64,000 bases of DNA from Candidatus Moraniibacteriota bacterium (GCA_023261645.1 JAHFOO010000001.1:67871-131870), one strand, 5' to 3'. Shown: positions 1 to 10,854, counted from the stretch's first letter. Program-made: numbers and translations. Notes: generated by a model from the letters alone, not told the origin.

Positions 1-392
1 AGCATATACTCGTCAGTGCCGGTGCTGAGAAAGGCGGGAAAGACATACTCCTCTCTACTATGAATGGAAATGGAGGAGAATTTCAAAGCATTGCCATTCC
101 AACCATCATCTCCAAAGTCATATGGTCCAAAGATAGTAAAACCATCTACTATGCTTTACCCGGATCGCTTCCCGAAGATGCCGTTCTTCCGAATGATTAT
201 TTCGATAAGCCGATTCATACCAAGGATACATTTTGGAAGATGGATACGCTCTCGGGAAAGAAATCTCGTCTTTTGGATCTTAAAGAACTCACTCAGAACT
301 TCGATAGTTCGGACCTTTTCCTTTCACCCAATGAAGATTTTCTCTTTTTTACCGATCGCTCCACCAAGCGTCTTTATCGTATAGGGCTCTGA
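1..392 (+). CDS. Hypothetical protein, C-terminal part (beta-propeller/TolB-like repeats); runs off the left edge
   Basis: Frame open from position 3 to TGA at 390-392; WSKDSKTIYY and LSPNEDFLFF blade-like motifs. Confidence 0.6.
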   Translation, partial: HILVSAGAEKGGKDILLSTMNGNGGEFQSIAIPTIISKVIWSKDSKTIYYALPGSLPEDAVLPNDYFDKPIHTKDTFWKMDTLSGKKSRLLDLKELTQNFDSSDLFLSPNEDFLFFTDRSTKRLYRIGL

Positions 393-602
393 ACCTGAGC
401 TGAAAATATGTGCGGAAAAAACGGTTTTGTACGGATGTTTTTTTGGTTTCAACAGAGTTTGTATCTTGTCGCTTCAAAAGAATGAGACATCCATTCTGTG
501 CTTATCAAGCAAATCTTTCAGTGGACAGCCGTATAAAAAATATGATATACTCAGGAAAGTCTGATAGTATCCAGGAATTTTTGAACTATACTCCCTTACA
601 AT

Positions 603-1262
603 ATGATCATACAATATTACGGTGATTTTTGCTTTAAAATAAGCACAAAACCAGCAGGACGAGCTACGGAAGATATCATTATTTGGACAGATCCTCTGCA
701 AAAAGGATCAGGACTCCGTTCTCCGCAGGGACAGGTTGATATAGTGTTTTTATCTCATGGAAAGAACGCGGAAACAAAAGATGTTCTCAAAAAGGAAACC
801 ATTGTTTTTGATGCTCCGGGAGAATATGCAGCCAAAGGTATCTCCTCACTCGGCTTTCCGACCTATTCTGATACGAGCGGAGAAACAGAACGGGGACAAA
901 ATACCATTTTCATTTTTGAGAGTGAAGATATACATATCTGTTATCTGGGTGCTTTGGGACACGATATTACTCCAGAACTTTTGGATAAATTGAACGGAGT
1001 GGATATCCTCTTTATTCCCGTCGGCGGTTCCGATACGTTGGGAGCCAAAACTGCTGCTGAATTGGCACGCAAGATAGAACCGAAAATCATCATCCCGATG
1101 CATTATACGATTCCCGGGCTGACCCTTTCTTTGGAAACGGAGCAGGCCTTTTGCGACGCTATCGGCAATTGTCCGGCTCAAACGATTTCAAAACTCAACG
1201 TAAAAAAGAAAGACATAGAAGAGAAAAAAGGAGAAGTGGTTCTTTTGGAAAGAGGAATATGA
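603..1262 (+). CDS. MBL-fold metallo-hydrolase (lactamase_B-like, partly degenerate metal motif)
   Basis: IQYYGDFCF, DIVFLSH, PGEY, DILFIPVGG, IIPMHY motifs. Confidence 0.8.
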   Translation: MIIQYYGDFCFKISTKPAGRATEDIIIWTDPLQKGSGLRSPQGQVDIVFLSHGKNAETKDVLKKETIVFDAPGEYAAKGISSLGFPTYSDTSGETERGQNTIFIFESEDIHICYLGALGHDITPELLDKLNGVDILFIPVGGSDTLGAKTAAELARKIEPKIIIPMHYTIPGLTLSLETEQAFCDAIGNCPAQTISKLNVKKKDIEEKKGEVVLLERGI

Positions 1263-1339
1263 TGATGAGGACGGAACGCATCCGCCTCGTTTTGGTTTTT
1301 TCTCGTTATTTGCTGATATGTAAAGTTTTTGTATGAAGT

Positions 1340-1651
1340 ATGGCACGAACTTTGTGGGAGAAAATAGAATCGATTCGCGAGCAGCCTGAACATATCCGTA
1401 TGCGGTATGTCGTGGGATGCCTGATCGTTTCTATGCTCTTTATTCTCGGCATCTGGCTTCTCTCGGTAGGAGAGGGTTTCCGGAATATCAGCAAGGAAGC
1501 TTCGGATGCCACGATGCAAGGAGGAGAACTTATGCCGAAAGACCAGGTTCCATCACTGAATGATCTGCTCGAACAAGCAAAACCGCTCCGTGTCGACAAT
1601 CAGAATGGACAGACGGACACGAATTATTTCAACGAACAAGAAAAAAAATAG
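1340..1651 (+). CDS. Hypothetical single-TM protein
   Basis: 103 aa ORF with one hydrophobic segment, upstream of gyrA. Confidence 0.65.
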   Translation: MARTLWEKIESIREQPEHIRMRYVVGCLIVSMLFILGIWLLSVGEGFRNISKEASDATMQGGELMPKDQVPSLNDLLEQAKPLRVDNQNGQTDTNYFNEQEKK

Positions 1652-1688
1652 ATGAAAGTTTGTATAATCAAGTGAGAGAGATTACCAT

Positions 1689-4136
1689 ATGCAAGAAAAA
1701 GCTTTTCATGACGGAAAAATCGAAGAACGCTCCATAACGGAGGAGGTAAGACAATCGTATCTCGACTAAGCAATGAGCGTTATCGTCGCCCGAGCATTGC
1801 CTGATGTGCGTGATGGATTGAAGCCGGTACATCGTCGCATCTTGTATTCTATGTGGTCGAGTGGACTGCGTTCTACATCCAAGTTTCGCAAATCAGCTAC
1901 CGTTGTTGGAGAAGTGCTGGGAAAATATCACCCGCATGGTGACAGCGCCGTGTATGACACGATGGTGCGCTTGGCACAGGACTTTTCTCTCCGTTATCCG
2001 CTCGTGTGGGGACAAGGAAACTTCGGATCGATGGATGGCGACAGTGCTGCTGCTTATCGTTACACTGAAGCCAAGCTGAAGGCTATTGCAGAAGAGATGC
2101 TCCTCGATATCGACAAAGACACGGTGGATTTCATTCCGAACTTCGATGGTATGCATGAGGAACCGCTGGTCTTGCCCGCGAAACTTCCACAACTTCTGCT
2201 CAATGGAACAGTCGGTATCGCTGTCGGTATGGCTACCAATATTCCTCCGCATAACTTGAATGAATTGGTAGACGGTATCTGTCATCTGATCGAATTTCCC
2301 GAAGCGACCGTCGATGATCTGATGCAATTCATCAAGGGACCTGATTTTCCGACAGGGGGAACGATTTATAATACGAAAGACATCCGTGAAGCCTACGCTA
2401 CCGGCAAGGGGCCGATTTTGGCACGAGCAAAAACTGAGATAGTGGAGAATAAGAGCGGACAGTTCCAGATTATCGTCACAGAAATGACGTATGCCACCAA
2501 TAAATCATCGCTCATTATGAAAATCGCCGATTTGGTGAAAGATGATAAACTTCAGGGCATCAAAGATTTGCGGGACGAGTCTGACAGGAATGGCGTTCGT
2601 ATCGTAATCGACTTGAAAAAGGACGCGTTTCCTCAGAAGGTACTGAACAAGCTCTACCAGATGACTGATCTGCAGAAAAATTTCAACGTCAATATGCTGG
2701 CGCTCGTCGATGGTGTCGACCCTCAGATTCTTACTTTGAAGGCTATCTTGGAACACTACATCAAGCACCGGGAAATAGTGGTGGTGCGACGGACGGAACA
2801 TGACTTGAAGAAAAATAAAGAGCGTGCGCATATCTTGGAAGGTTTGAAAAAAGCATTGGACTTCATCGATGCTGTCATCGAAACCATTCGCAAGTCGTCG
2901 ACGAAAGAAGAAGCACACACGAATCTGATGAAAAAATTCAAGCTGTCCGATCTCCAATCGACAGCCATTCTTGAGATGCGACTTCAAACGTTGGCCGGAT
3001 TGGAACGCAAGAAAATCGAAGATGAGTTGGCAGAAAAAATGAAATTGATCGCATATCTCGAAGATCTGCTCAAGCATCGCAAGAAGATTCTGGCCCTGGT
3101 GAAAAGCGAGCTCGTTGAAGTAAGAGACAAGTTCGGTGATGAGCGCAGGACGAAGGTGATCAAGACCGGCGTGACCGAATTCAAACAGGAAGATTTGATT
3201 CCCAATGATGAGGCCATTATCACGCTCACCGAAGACGGCTATATCAAGCGGATGAATCCGAGCGTTTATCGTGTGCAGAAACGTGGAGGTAAAGGAGTAA
3301 TCGGTGCGACGACCAAAGAAGAGGATCGCATCGCCCAGGTACTTTCCATCGAGATGCATGATAACCTGATGTTTTTCACGAATACTGGGAAAGTATTCCA
3401 GACCAAGGCATATGAAATTCCCGAGTCGACTCGTACTTCCAAAGGGCAGGCCATTGTGAACTTTTTGCAGGTTGCGCAGGCAGAGAAGATTACAGCGATG
3501 ATCGCTTTCAACAACAATGATGCCTTCAAATATCTCTTTATGGCGACAGAAAACGGAACGATCAAAAAAACGAAACTTGAAGACTTTGAAAATGTGCGCC
3601 GGAGCGGTCTCATCGCTATCGGTCTCGACAAGGGTGATACGCTGGGCTGGGTCAGCCCGACGACGGGAGCCGATGATGTAGTGCTCACCACCAATGATGG
3701 CCAGGCTATCCGTTTCAAAGAAACGGATGTTCGTCCGATGGGACGCAATGCTTCCGGTGTCCGCGGGATGAAACTGAAGAACATAGACAAGATTGTCGGT
3801 ATGGATATTCTTCCCAAGGATGTGAAAGGATTGGAACTGCTTATTCTCTCACAGAATGGTTTTGGTAAGAGAAGCGAGATGAAATCCTACAAGGTTCAGA
3901 AACGTGGCGGTTCCGGTATCAAAACAATGAAGATAACTTCAAAAACAGGAAAACTCGTGGGAGCGACCGTGACCAGTATGGCAGACATCGAAAGCGATCT
4001 GATTCTTACTTCGGAAAAAGGAACTATCATTCGCGTGCCATTCAAAAGTGTTCCTCTTCTCGGAAGAGTGACTCAGGGGGTGCGTGTGATGAAACCGCAA
4101 TCAGGCGACGGTGTTGCCGCCTTCACTGTTCTGTAA
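1689..4136 (+). CDS. gyrA: DNA gyrase subunit A, interrupted by an in-frame TAA at 1767-1769
   Basis: ATG 1689 reads [46 protein letters not shown]; HPHGDS, AAYRYTE active site and GyrA box QKRGGKG present. Confidence 0.95.
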
Positions 4137-4161
4137 AGGAAAAACCAATAAGAGATTTTTT

Positions 4162-5352
4162 ATGGACTCTTTTAGTGCATTGAAACCGAGAAGAAAAACA
4201 CGCGTCGTGAATGTCGGTGACATAGGAATCGGAGGAGACAATCCTATTCGAGTACAGACGATGACGAATACCGATACGCTTGATATCGTTTCTACCGTCG
4301 CTCAAATCAAGTCCTGTGTGCAGGCTGGAACGGAACTTATTCGTTTGACTACGCCTACTCCGAAACATGCCCAGGCGCTTGGTCTCATCCGAGAGATGCT
4401 TCTTGCAGACGGAGTATCCGTACCGCTTATCGCCGATATTCATTTTCTACCGGCGGCAGCTTTTGAAGCCTTGAAATGGGCAGATAAAGTCCGCCTCAAT
4501 CCTGGAAACCTGCTGGATGGAAAGATTTTCCGTACGCTCGAATTCAACGACGCGAGTTATGCCAAGGAAATAGAGCGCATCGAAGAAAATCTTCTGCCAT
4601 TCATAGAAGCTGCGAAAGAATCCGGGAAAGCGCTCCGTATCGGTTGCAATCATGGGTCGCTCTCCGATCGCGTCCTCTCTCGTTTCGGTGACACACCTTT
4701 CGGAATGGTAGAATCAACGATGGAATATCTGCGTATTTTCAAGAAGCACGAGTTCAATGATATTGTTGTTGCCTTGAAAGCATCCGATCCTCTCATAATG
4801 ATCGAATCCAATCGTTTGCTCATCGATACGATGAACAAGGAGGAAATGGATTACCCCATCCATCTGGGAGTGACAGAGGCAGGCAATGGTGAGGAAGGCC
4901 GAGCAAAATCGACGCTTGGCATCGGAACCTTGCTCTTGGAAGGCATCGGAGATACGGTGCGTGTTTCATTGACAGAAGACCCTGTGAAAGAAATCCCTAC
5001 CTGCTATGGAATCCTCCAGGCGACACACAGACGTATCACGAGAACAGAATTCATTTCTTGCCCATCCTGCGGGCGGACGCTCTTCGATATTGAGCCGGTT
5101 ACGAATATTATCAAAGAACGAATGGGACACTTGAAGGGTTTGCGAATCGCTGTGATGGGCTGTATCGTCAATGGTCTCGGGGAGATGGCGGATGCTGATT
5201 ATGGATATGTCGGTGGTATGCATGGTCAAGTGAGTCTCTATCGTAAGAAAGAATTGGTGAAACGCAGTGTCCCGGAAAAAGAAGCGGTAGATGAACTGAT
5301 CAATCTCATCAAATCTGACGGTCTGTGGATCGAAGAGAAAGGAAAAAAATAA
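4162..5352 (+). CDS. ispG: (E)-4-hydroxy-3-methylbut-2-enyl-diphosphate synthase
   Basis: IRVQTMT, IADIHF, RLNPGN, HLGVTEAG, SCPSCGRT, VMGCIVNGLGE. Confidence 0.95.
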   Translation: MDSFSALKPRRKTRVVNVGDIGIGGDNPIRVQTMTNTDTLDIVSTVAQIKSCVQAGTELIRLTTPTPKHAQALGLIREMLLADGVSVPLIADIHFLPAAAFEALKWADKVRLNPGNLLDGKIFRTLEFNDASYAKEIERIEENLLPFIEAAKESGKALRIGCNHGSLSDRVLSRFGDTPFGMVESTMEYLRIFKKHEFNDIVVALKASDPLIMIESNRLLIDTMNKEEMDYPIHLGVTEAGNGEEGRAKSTLGIGTLLLEGIGDTVRVSLTEDPVKEIPTCYGILQATHRRITRTEFISCPSCGRTLFDIEPVTNIIKERMGHLKGLRIAVMGCIVNGLGEMADADYGYVGGMHGQVSLYRKKELVKRSVPEKEAVDELINLIKSDGLWIEEKGKK

Positions 5353-5356
5353 ATTG

Positions 5357-5392
5357 AAAACGGCTCGAGACATTGCTTGAGCCGTTTTTTTT
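5357..5392. terminator. Bidirectional intrinsic terminator
   Basis: AAAACGGCTC-N12-GAGCCGTTTTTTTT between convergent genes. Confidence 0.75.
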
Positions 5393-5415
5393 GTTGCTTC
5401 TGCTGTTTGGCAGTT

Positions 5416-5757
5416 TCAATGTACCATCACGGTATAGACGATACTGCCAATACCCAGAGTATGCTTACCACTCATCCTTGTAATGATAATTTTGTCACCG
5501 GGAGACACGATATGCCTGCCCTTGGTGATTTTGAAGTTTGCCTGAAGAATGACAGATAATACATTGAAACTTGCCTGGATGCACTCTCCGTCGGGGAAGC
5601 ACTTTTCCAAGATGCGTCGTGGTGCTGATCCCAAGAGCCGATGCTTGTTGATCACCGGATGTTCGTTGTCGACGATGATCCCTCCCCACTTACGTTGGTA
5701 GTGGTTTTTCAAATGTAAACAGGGAATGCTTGCTGTTATTACTCTGCTATCAGTCAT
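5416..5757 (-). CDS. Hypothetical orphan protein (113 aa)
   Basis: ATG at 5757 with AAGGAG 6 nt upstream; fills the ispG-rpsO gap. Confidence 0.5.
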   Translation of the reverse strand: MTDSRVITASIPCLHLKNHYQRKWGGIIVDNEHPVINKHRLLGSAPRRILEKCFPDGECIQASFNVLSVILQANFKITKGRHIVSPGDKIIITRMSGKHTLGIGSIVYTVMVH

Positions 5758-5958
5758 TGACTGCTCCTTATTATTTTTGTCCTCGGATTGGGACACTTCA
5801 ATAAAACATTTCTTCTGAAAAAAGTCAAATATTTACCCTCGACACCAAATGAGCTTCATTTTCTGAAAGTATACTTATATGTTGAACAAATGTGCTTTTA
5901 GTGGGAGTTCAGTATAATTTTCTTTGTTATTCTATTAAAGCTCATTTGGTGTGAGGGC

Positions 5959-5987
5959 TTGCCAAAAAGATAAGAGTATGGTATTTT
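5959..5987 (+). promoter_or_regulatory. sigma70-type promoter for rpsO
   Basis: TTGCCA-17-TATTTT with extended -10 TG. Confidence 0.5.
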
Positions 5988-6011
5988 TCGTAAGTAATAT
6001 ATTTATTGTAT

Positions 6012-6055
6012 GTAGCGTACGTTGGTGAGAAAGGGTTTTCGCACGAACGTATTGC
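6012..6055 (+). promoter_or_regulatory. Leader hairpin, candidate S15 autoregulatory element
   Basis: GTACGTT...AACGTAT stem with inner GTGAGAAA/TTTTCGCAC pairing just upstream of the rpsO ATG. Confidence 0.4.
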
Positions 6056-6066
6056 CGAACAAAGTT

Positions 6067-6333
6067 ATGGCGCTGACACACAAACAGAAGGAGAAAGTGA
6101 CAGGAGAAGTGAAACGTCACGACAAAGATACCGGATCACCGGAATATCAGATCGCACTCTTTACCGAACAGATCAAGAAGCTGACGGTACATTTGAAAAA
6201 GAACAAGAAGGATTTTCATTCTCGTCGCGGACTACTCAAGATGGTTTCCAAAAGAAAGAAATTGATGAGTTATCTGGAGAAAACGAATGAGAAATCATAC
6301 AAAGAAGTCATTAAAACTCTTGGTCTTAAATAA
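6067..6333 (+). CDS. rpsO: 30S ribosomal protein S15
   Basis: HDKDTGSPEYQIALFT, KDFHSRRGLLKMV. Confidence 0.98.
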   Translation: MALTHKQKEKVTGEVKRHDKDTGSPEYQIALFTEQIKKLTVHLKKNKKDFHSRRGLLKMVSKRKKLMSYLEKTNEKSYKEVIKTLGLK

Positions 6334-6378
6334 GTCATCCTCATCATTTATTTTTAGTGATTGGCTGTTGATACTATT

Positions 6379-6876
6379 ATGGCAAAGTTTGCAGAACAGA
6401 GAGTAGGAGTTTTGGTTGATATTCAGAATTTGTATTATAGCGCGCGGGTGCTCTACAGCAAAAAAGTGAATTTCAAGAACGTACTTTTGGCTGCTACCAG
6501 CGAACGGAAGCTTATCCGTGCCATTGCATATGGTATCAAGACCGTCGAAGCGACAGAGGAAAAATTCTTCGAGGCACTTGAGAAGAGCGGTTTCGAGGTG
6601 AAGACGAAGGATCTCCAGATTTTCCCTGATGGTTCGAAAAAAGGGGATTGGGACGTCGGAATTGCCGTCGATGCGATAAAAATGGCCGCAAAGTTGGACG
6701 TAGTCGTGATCGTGTCAGGTGATGGAGACTATGTATCGCTTGTAGAGTATATCCAAAGTATCAGTGGTTGCCGTGTCGAGGCAATTGCCTTCGCAGAATC
6801 TGCCAGTCAGAAACTCGTCGAGAAAGTGGATGATTTCATCAATCTTTCTGAAAATAAGAAAAGGTTTTTGATATAG
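6379..6876 (+). CDS. NYN domain (LabA/DUF88) putative nuclease
   Basis: VDIQNLY, KGDWDVGIAVD, SGDGDY. Confidence 0.9.
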   Translation: MAKFAEQRVGVLVDIQNLYYSARVLYSKKVNFKNVLLAATSERKLIRAIAYGIKTVEATEEKFFEALEKSGFEVKTKDLQIFPDGSKKGDWDVGIAVDAIKMAAKLDVVVIVSGDGDYVSLVEYIQSISGCRVEAIAFAESASQKLVEKVDDFINLSENKKRFLI

Positions 6877-6896
6877 TCTCTTGCAGAAAAGACAAG

Positions 6897-6928
6897 GAAA
6901 AGTTCCAAATTTTTTGGAACTTTTTTTG
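6897..6928 (+). terminator. Intrinsic terminator
   Basis: AAAAGTTCCAAA-TT-TTTGGAACTTTTTTT. Confidence 0.75.
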
Positions 6929-6935
6929 TTTTTTA

Positions 6936-7066
6936 TCACAAGCAATCTTCCTGGAGGCCATTCATTCGTCCTGCGACGAATTTCTCTTATGGAGTCTTTT
7001 CGATCCATCGAAGACGATGGAACCGTGCTCGAAAACCCTCCAACTCCTCCAGAAAAATTCTTGTGA
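6936..7066. repeat. Long palindromic element family A, copy 1
   Basis: TCACAAG...CTTGTGA closing stem; homologous to 11729-11921. Confidence 0.8.
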
Positions 7067-7104
7067 AAAAAATGAATCTCAAATCATAATCTACCCGAAA
7101 ATTA

Positions 7105-7133
7105 TTGACAAAAATGGATTTTTTCGGTACAGT
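7105..7133 (+). promoter_or_regulatory. sigma70 promoter for pnp
   Basis: TTGACA-17-TACAGT. Confidence 0.65.
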
Positions 7134-7136
7134 ATC

Positions 7137-7320
7137 AGAGCCAGTTCAAAATCTGATGTCGAGAGAAAGGTTTCTGATTTCGAGATGAAAATTATGCAGA
7201 GTGCGAAGGCCTATCGTGATAAGCCGACAATCGATAAGTAATTTTCAGCCGAAATCAGGGACTTTTATCCGGCAAGTAGTATTGATTTTAACTTATACGT
7301 TCAGATTTTGAACTGGCTCT
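7137..7320. mobile_element. MITE-like element with perfect 20-bp terminal inverted repeats in the pnp leader
   Basis: AGAGCCAGTTCAAAATCTGA (7137-7156) and TCAGATTTTGAACTGGCTCT (7301-7320); inner CTGATTTCG/CGAAATCAG and TGAAAATTA/TAATTTTCA pairings. Confidence 0.7.
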
Positions 7321-7477
7321 AGAGTAGATATATTCATTAACAACCTGTTTTTTGCCAAGAAATGTTCTCAAAAGAGTTCAAATCTCAAAGATCAAAGCGT
7401 GAAAATATTTTACTTTTTGACTTTTGCGTTTTGGATTTCTTTTTGTCTCTTTTCTTGTCTTGATACGGGTACATTGT

Positions 7478-9607
7478 ATGCAAGAAGAAAAGAAATGGTC
7501 TCTCCAGTTGGGAGGGCGTGAGCTCATCATTACAACAGGACTCTTGGCGGAGCAGGCCAATGGATCCGTGACAGTTCGTTATGGTGATACGGTCATTCTC
7601 GCAACAGCGACGATGAGCAAAGGCGCATCGAAGATCACCGGGTATTTCCCCTTGATGGTGGATTTCGAAGAGCGTTATTATGCTGCAGGAAAAATCAAGG
7701 GATCACGATTCATCAAACGTGAAGGTCGTCCTTCTGATGATTCCATTTTGGCAGGCCGTGCCGTCGATCGCACTATTCGTCCCTTGTTTGATAGTCGGAT
7801 GCGCAATGAAGTGCAGGTCGTTGTGACGACGCTTTCGTACGATGGTGAGAACAATTCCGATACGGTAGCGATGATTGCTGCTTCTGCCGCGCTCAGCCTC
7901 TCTGATATTCCTTGGAATGGCCCGATTGGTGCCGTGCGTGTCGGTATGGCAGATGATGGAACGCTCATACTCAATCCGAACTCTGAAGAATGTAAGGGAA
8001 GTGCTCTCGACCTTCTTCTTGCCGGCACCAAAGACAAGATCAATATGATAGAGGCCGGTGGAAATGAGATTTTGGAAGAGAAGATGGTAGAGGCATTTGA
8101 ATTCGGATTTACAGCCATTCAGAAAATAACCCAATTCATTGAAGCCATCCGTACCGAAGCCGGCAAGATCAAGGTTATCCCGGCATTGCTTCGTGGATCG
8201 GATGAATTTGAAACAGCAGTGAAAAAAGCTTTCTTGGACGGAGGTATAAGTGATGTTCTATATTTGTTGCCGAAGAAAGTGATGGAAGAAGCCTCTTCAA
8301 CTTTGTCTGCCAAAGTATCACAGTGGGCGAAAGAGGCCTTTCCACAACAAGAGTCTCTTGGAGAATTGCTTTCCCTCATTTCTGATGAAGCGGCCGACGA
8401 AATCGTCCACGAAAATATTCTGCAACACGAAAAGCGTCCTGATGGCCGAAAATTGACGGAGATTCGTCCTATCTGGTGTAAAGTCGGTATTCTTCCACGT
8501 ACACACGGAACAGGATTGTTCTCTCGCGGAGAAACACAGGCTCTGACCGTAACAACGCTTGGTGCTCCTGGCGATGAGATGGTTGTGGATACGATGGAAA
8601 CCGACGAGAAGAAACGCTATATCCATTTCTACAACTTTCCTCCATATTCCGTAGGAGAAGTGAGACCTATGCGCGGTCCCGGACGACGAGAAATCGGACA
8701 CGGAATGCTGGCAGAAAAAGCTTTGATCCCTGTTCTTCCTTCTCGTGAAGAATTCCCTTACACGATTATTCTCGTTTCAGAAGTGCTTTCTTCGAACGGA
8801 TCTTCTTCTATGGCTTCGACCTGCGGTTCCACTCTTTCTCTGATGGATGCCGGTGTGCCAATCAAGAAGCCGGTATCGGGTATCGCGATGGGTGTTATCG
8901 TCGGAAAAAATGGTGAATACAAGATATTGACCGATATTCAAGGACTGGAAGATCATTATGGCGATATGGACTTCAAAGTAACCGGAACCAAAGATGGCAT
9001 TACTGCAATGCAGATGGATGTGAAGATTGATGGACTGACACCGGAAGTACTCCGTGTGGCTGTGGCGCAGGCTAAAGTGGCTCGATTGGAAATAATGGAG
9101 AAGATGCTTGCAGTCATCCCTGAACCACGGAAAACAATGTCTCCGTATGCTCCTCGCATTATCACGCTTCATATCAATCCGGAGAAAATCCGTGATGTCA
9201 TCGGCCCTGGTGGCAAGGTAATCAATCAGATTATCGATGAGACAGGCGTTTCTATCGATATCGAAGACGATGGATCGGTATTCATCACTTCGGCCGATGA
9301 AACAAGCGCTGCCAAGGCGGTTGAATGGGTGAATAATATCACTCGTGAAGTCAAAGCAGGAGAACTGTTCCAGGCTCGTATTACACGTATTATGAATTTT
9401 GGAGCATTCGCAGAAGTATTGCCGAACCAAGAAGGGTTGATCCATATTTCTGAGTTGGCTGATAGTCGCGTGGAAAATGTGGAAGACGTCGTGCATGTGG
9501 GAGATATCGTGCCTGTCATCGTGAAAGAAATCGATAATCAAGGACGTATCAATCTTTCTCACAAAGCCGCTCTTCATCAGATGAGCGAAGAGAAGAAAGA
9601 GTCTTAG
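7478..9607 (+). CDS. pnp: Polyribonucleotide nucleotidyltransferase
   Basis: Two RNase PH domains, RREIGHG, SNGSSSMAS, GDMDFKV, KH and S1 domains. Confidence 0.98.
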   Translation: MQEEKKWSLQLGGRELIITTGLLAEQANGSVTVRYGDTVILATATMSKGASKITGYFPLMVDFEERYYAAGKIKGSRFIKREGRPSDDSILAGRAVDRTIRPLFDSRMRNEVQVVVTTLSYDGENNSDTVAMIAASAALSLSDIPWNGPIGAVRVGMADDGTLILNPNSEECKGSALDLLLAGTKDKINMIEAGGNEILEEKMVEAFEFGFTAIQKITQFIEAIRTEAGKIKVIPALLRGSDEFETAVKKAFLDGGISDVLYLLPKKVMEEASSTLSAKVSQWAKEAFPQQESLGELLSLISDEAADEIVHENILQHEKRPDGRKLTEIRPIWCKVGILPRTHGTGLFSRGETQALTVTTLGAPGDEMVVDTMETDEKKRYIHFYNFPPYSVGEVRPMRGPGRREIGHGMLAEKALIPVLPSREEFPYTIILVSEVLSSNGSSSMASTCGSTLSLMDAGVPIKKPVSGIAMGVIVGKNGEYKILTDIQGLEDHYGDMDFKVTGTKDGITAMQMDVKIDGLTPEVLRVAVAQAKVARLEIMEKMLAVIPEPRKTMSPYAPRIITLHINPEKIRDVIGPGGKVINQIIDETGVSIDIEDDGSVFITSADETSAAKAVEWVNNITREVKAGELFQARITRIMNFGAFAEVLPNQEGLIHISELADSRVENVEDVVHVGDIVPVIVKEIDNQGRINLSHKAALHQMSEEKKES

Positions 9608-9630
9608 TGCAAAAAAAATAGTTTCGTGTA

Positions 9631-9666
9631 TAATAGAAGGGAGGAAATTCCCTTCTATTATTTTTT
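9631..9666 (+). terminator. Intrinsic terminator after pnp
   Basis: TAATAGAAGGGA-N6-TCCCTTCTATTA followed by T run. Confidence 0.7.
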
Positions 9667-9681
9667 GTTATTGAAAAACGT

Positions 9682-10854
9682 ATGTCATTTTCATTTTTTT
9701 CAAAAGACAAACCGACTGCTCGAGAAACTGCCGGGAATACAGTGGCTCCTTCTGCTGTACGGACGATGAGAGATGATATTGAGGCTATCAAAAACGGAAC
9801 AGATGAGACGACTTTCAAAGAGACTGCTCGTGGAGAAGCAAGCGTATCCTTCGTTTCAAACATCCCGTCAAAACCACCCATCAATCCGGTAAGTAAAGAA
9901 GAAAATCCATTTCGGGAATATGTCGAAGATGGAGGGCGAACAGAAAATCCGTTTGGAGTTGCTTCCAAACTGAAAAAACCTGTTCCTGGAGTATTTTCGC
10001 AGACAACCAATACAAAAAGTGGTGTCACTCCGATGATAATTGAAGGAGAGATGATTTTGGATCAGCCTACAGGGAAAAGGAGCATATTTATCATAGGCGG
10101 TATGGTAATAGTCATACTCCTCCTTGTTTCGGCCGGAGGATATTATTATTTTTTTGTTGCCGGCAAACAGGCGGCAAAACCTATAGTGCCGGAGAATATC
10201 GCTCAAAAATACCCCCCGAAGGTGGCGGAGGACATTCCAAAAGAGCTTCCGTATGCTTTGGATAAAGCAAATTATCTTTCAATAAACACCGAAGTGGTAT
10301 CCTCGGCAGATATCCAGAAGATTCTTCTCCAAGTCGCTTCTCGAATCAAAGAGTCTTCCACAACGAAACCGGTTGAATTTTTGATAACAGATCAGAATAA
10401 TAATCCAATCGCATTCAATCGTTTTGCATTCCTCCTTAAACTCGAAATCACTCCGGACATACTCGCTCTTATCGATGAGACGTTTTCTTTGTATGTATAC
10501 AATGATGCTGGGAATGTGCGCCTCGGACTTGATTTGCAGTTGAAAGATCAGACAGTAGCCCTTTCAGCTATTCCAAAAATAGAGAGTACGCTCCCATACG
10601 CTTTTCGGGCGCTTATTTTGGATCAAAATGTGAATATCGCCAAAGCCATACCATTCAAATCAAATACGTATAGTCCTCGTTTACGGACGATATCCGGTCA
10701 AGATAAGACTTCCGATAAGCAAATCCCTTTGCGTTATGCGAATATTGATGTCGGTTATGATTGGTCGATGGATTATGCTCTGACAAATAATCACTGGTAT
10801 ATAGGAATGAGCAAGAATACGTTACGAGTTCTTTTGGACACACTTGTAAAATGA
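9682..10854 (+). CDS. Hypothetical bitopic membrane protein
   Basis: 390 aa; low-complexity N-terminus (VRTMRDDI), one TM, C-terminal domain. Confidence 0.75.
   Translation: MSFSFFSKDKPTARETAGNTVAPSAVRTMRDDIEAIKNGTDETTFKETARGEASVSFVSNIPSKPPINPVSKEENPFREYVEDGGRTENPFGVASKLKKPVPGVFSQTTNTKSGVTPMIIEGEMILDQPTGKRSIFIIGGMVIVILLLVSAGGYYYFFVAGKQAAKPIVPENIAQKYPPKVAEDIPKELPYALDKANYLSINTEVVSSADIQKILLQVASRIKESSTTKPVEFLITDQNNNPIAFNRFAFLLKLEITPDILALIDETFSLYVYNDAGNVRLGLDLQLKDQTVALSAIPKIESTLPYAFRALILDQNVNIAKAIPFKSNTYSPRLRTISGQDKTSDKQIPLRYANIDVGYDWSMDYALTNNHWYIGMSKNTLRVLLDTLVK

Noticed and set aside
7017-7241. Short ORFs over the NYN-pnp intergenic region
   Set aside because: They span repeats and a promoter and have no coding signature
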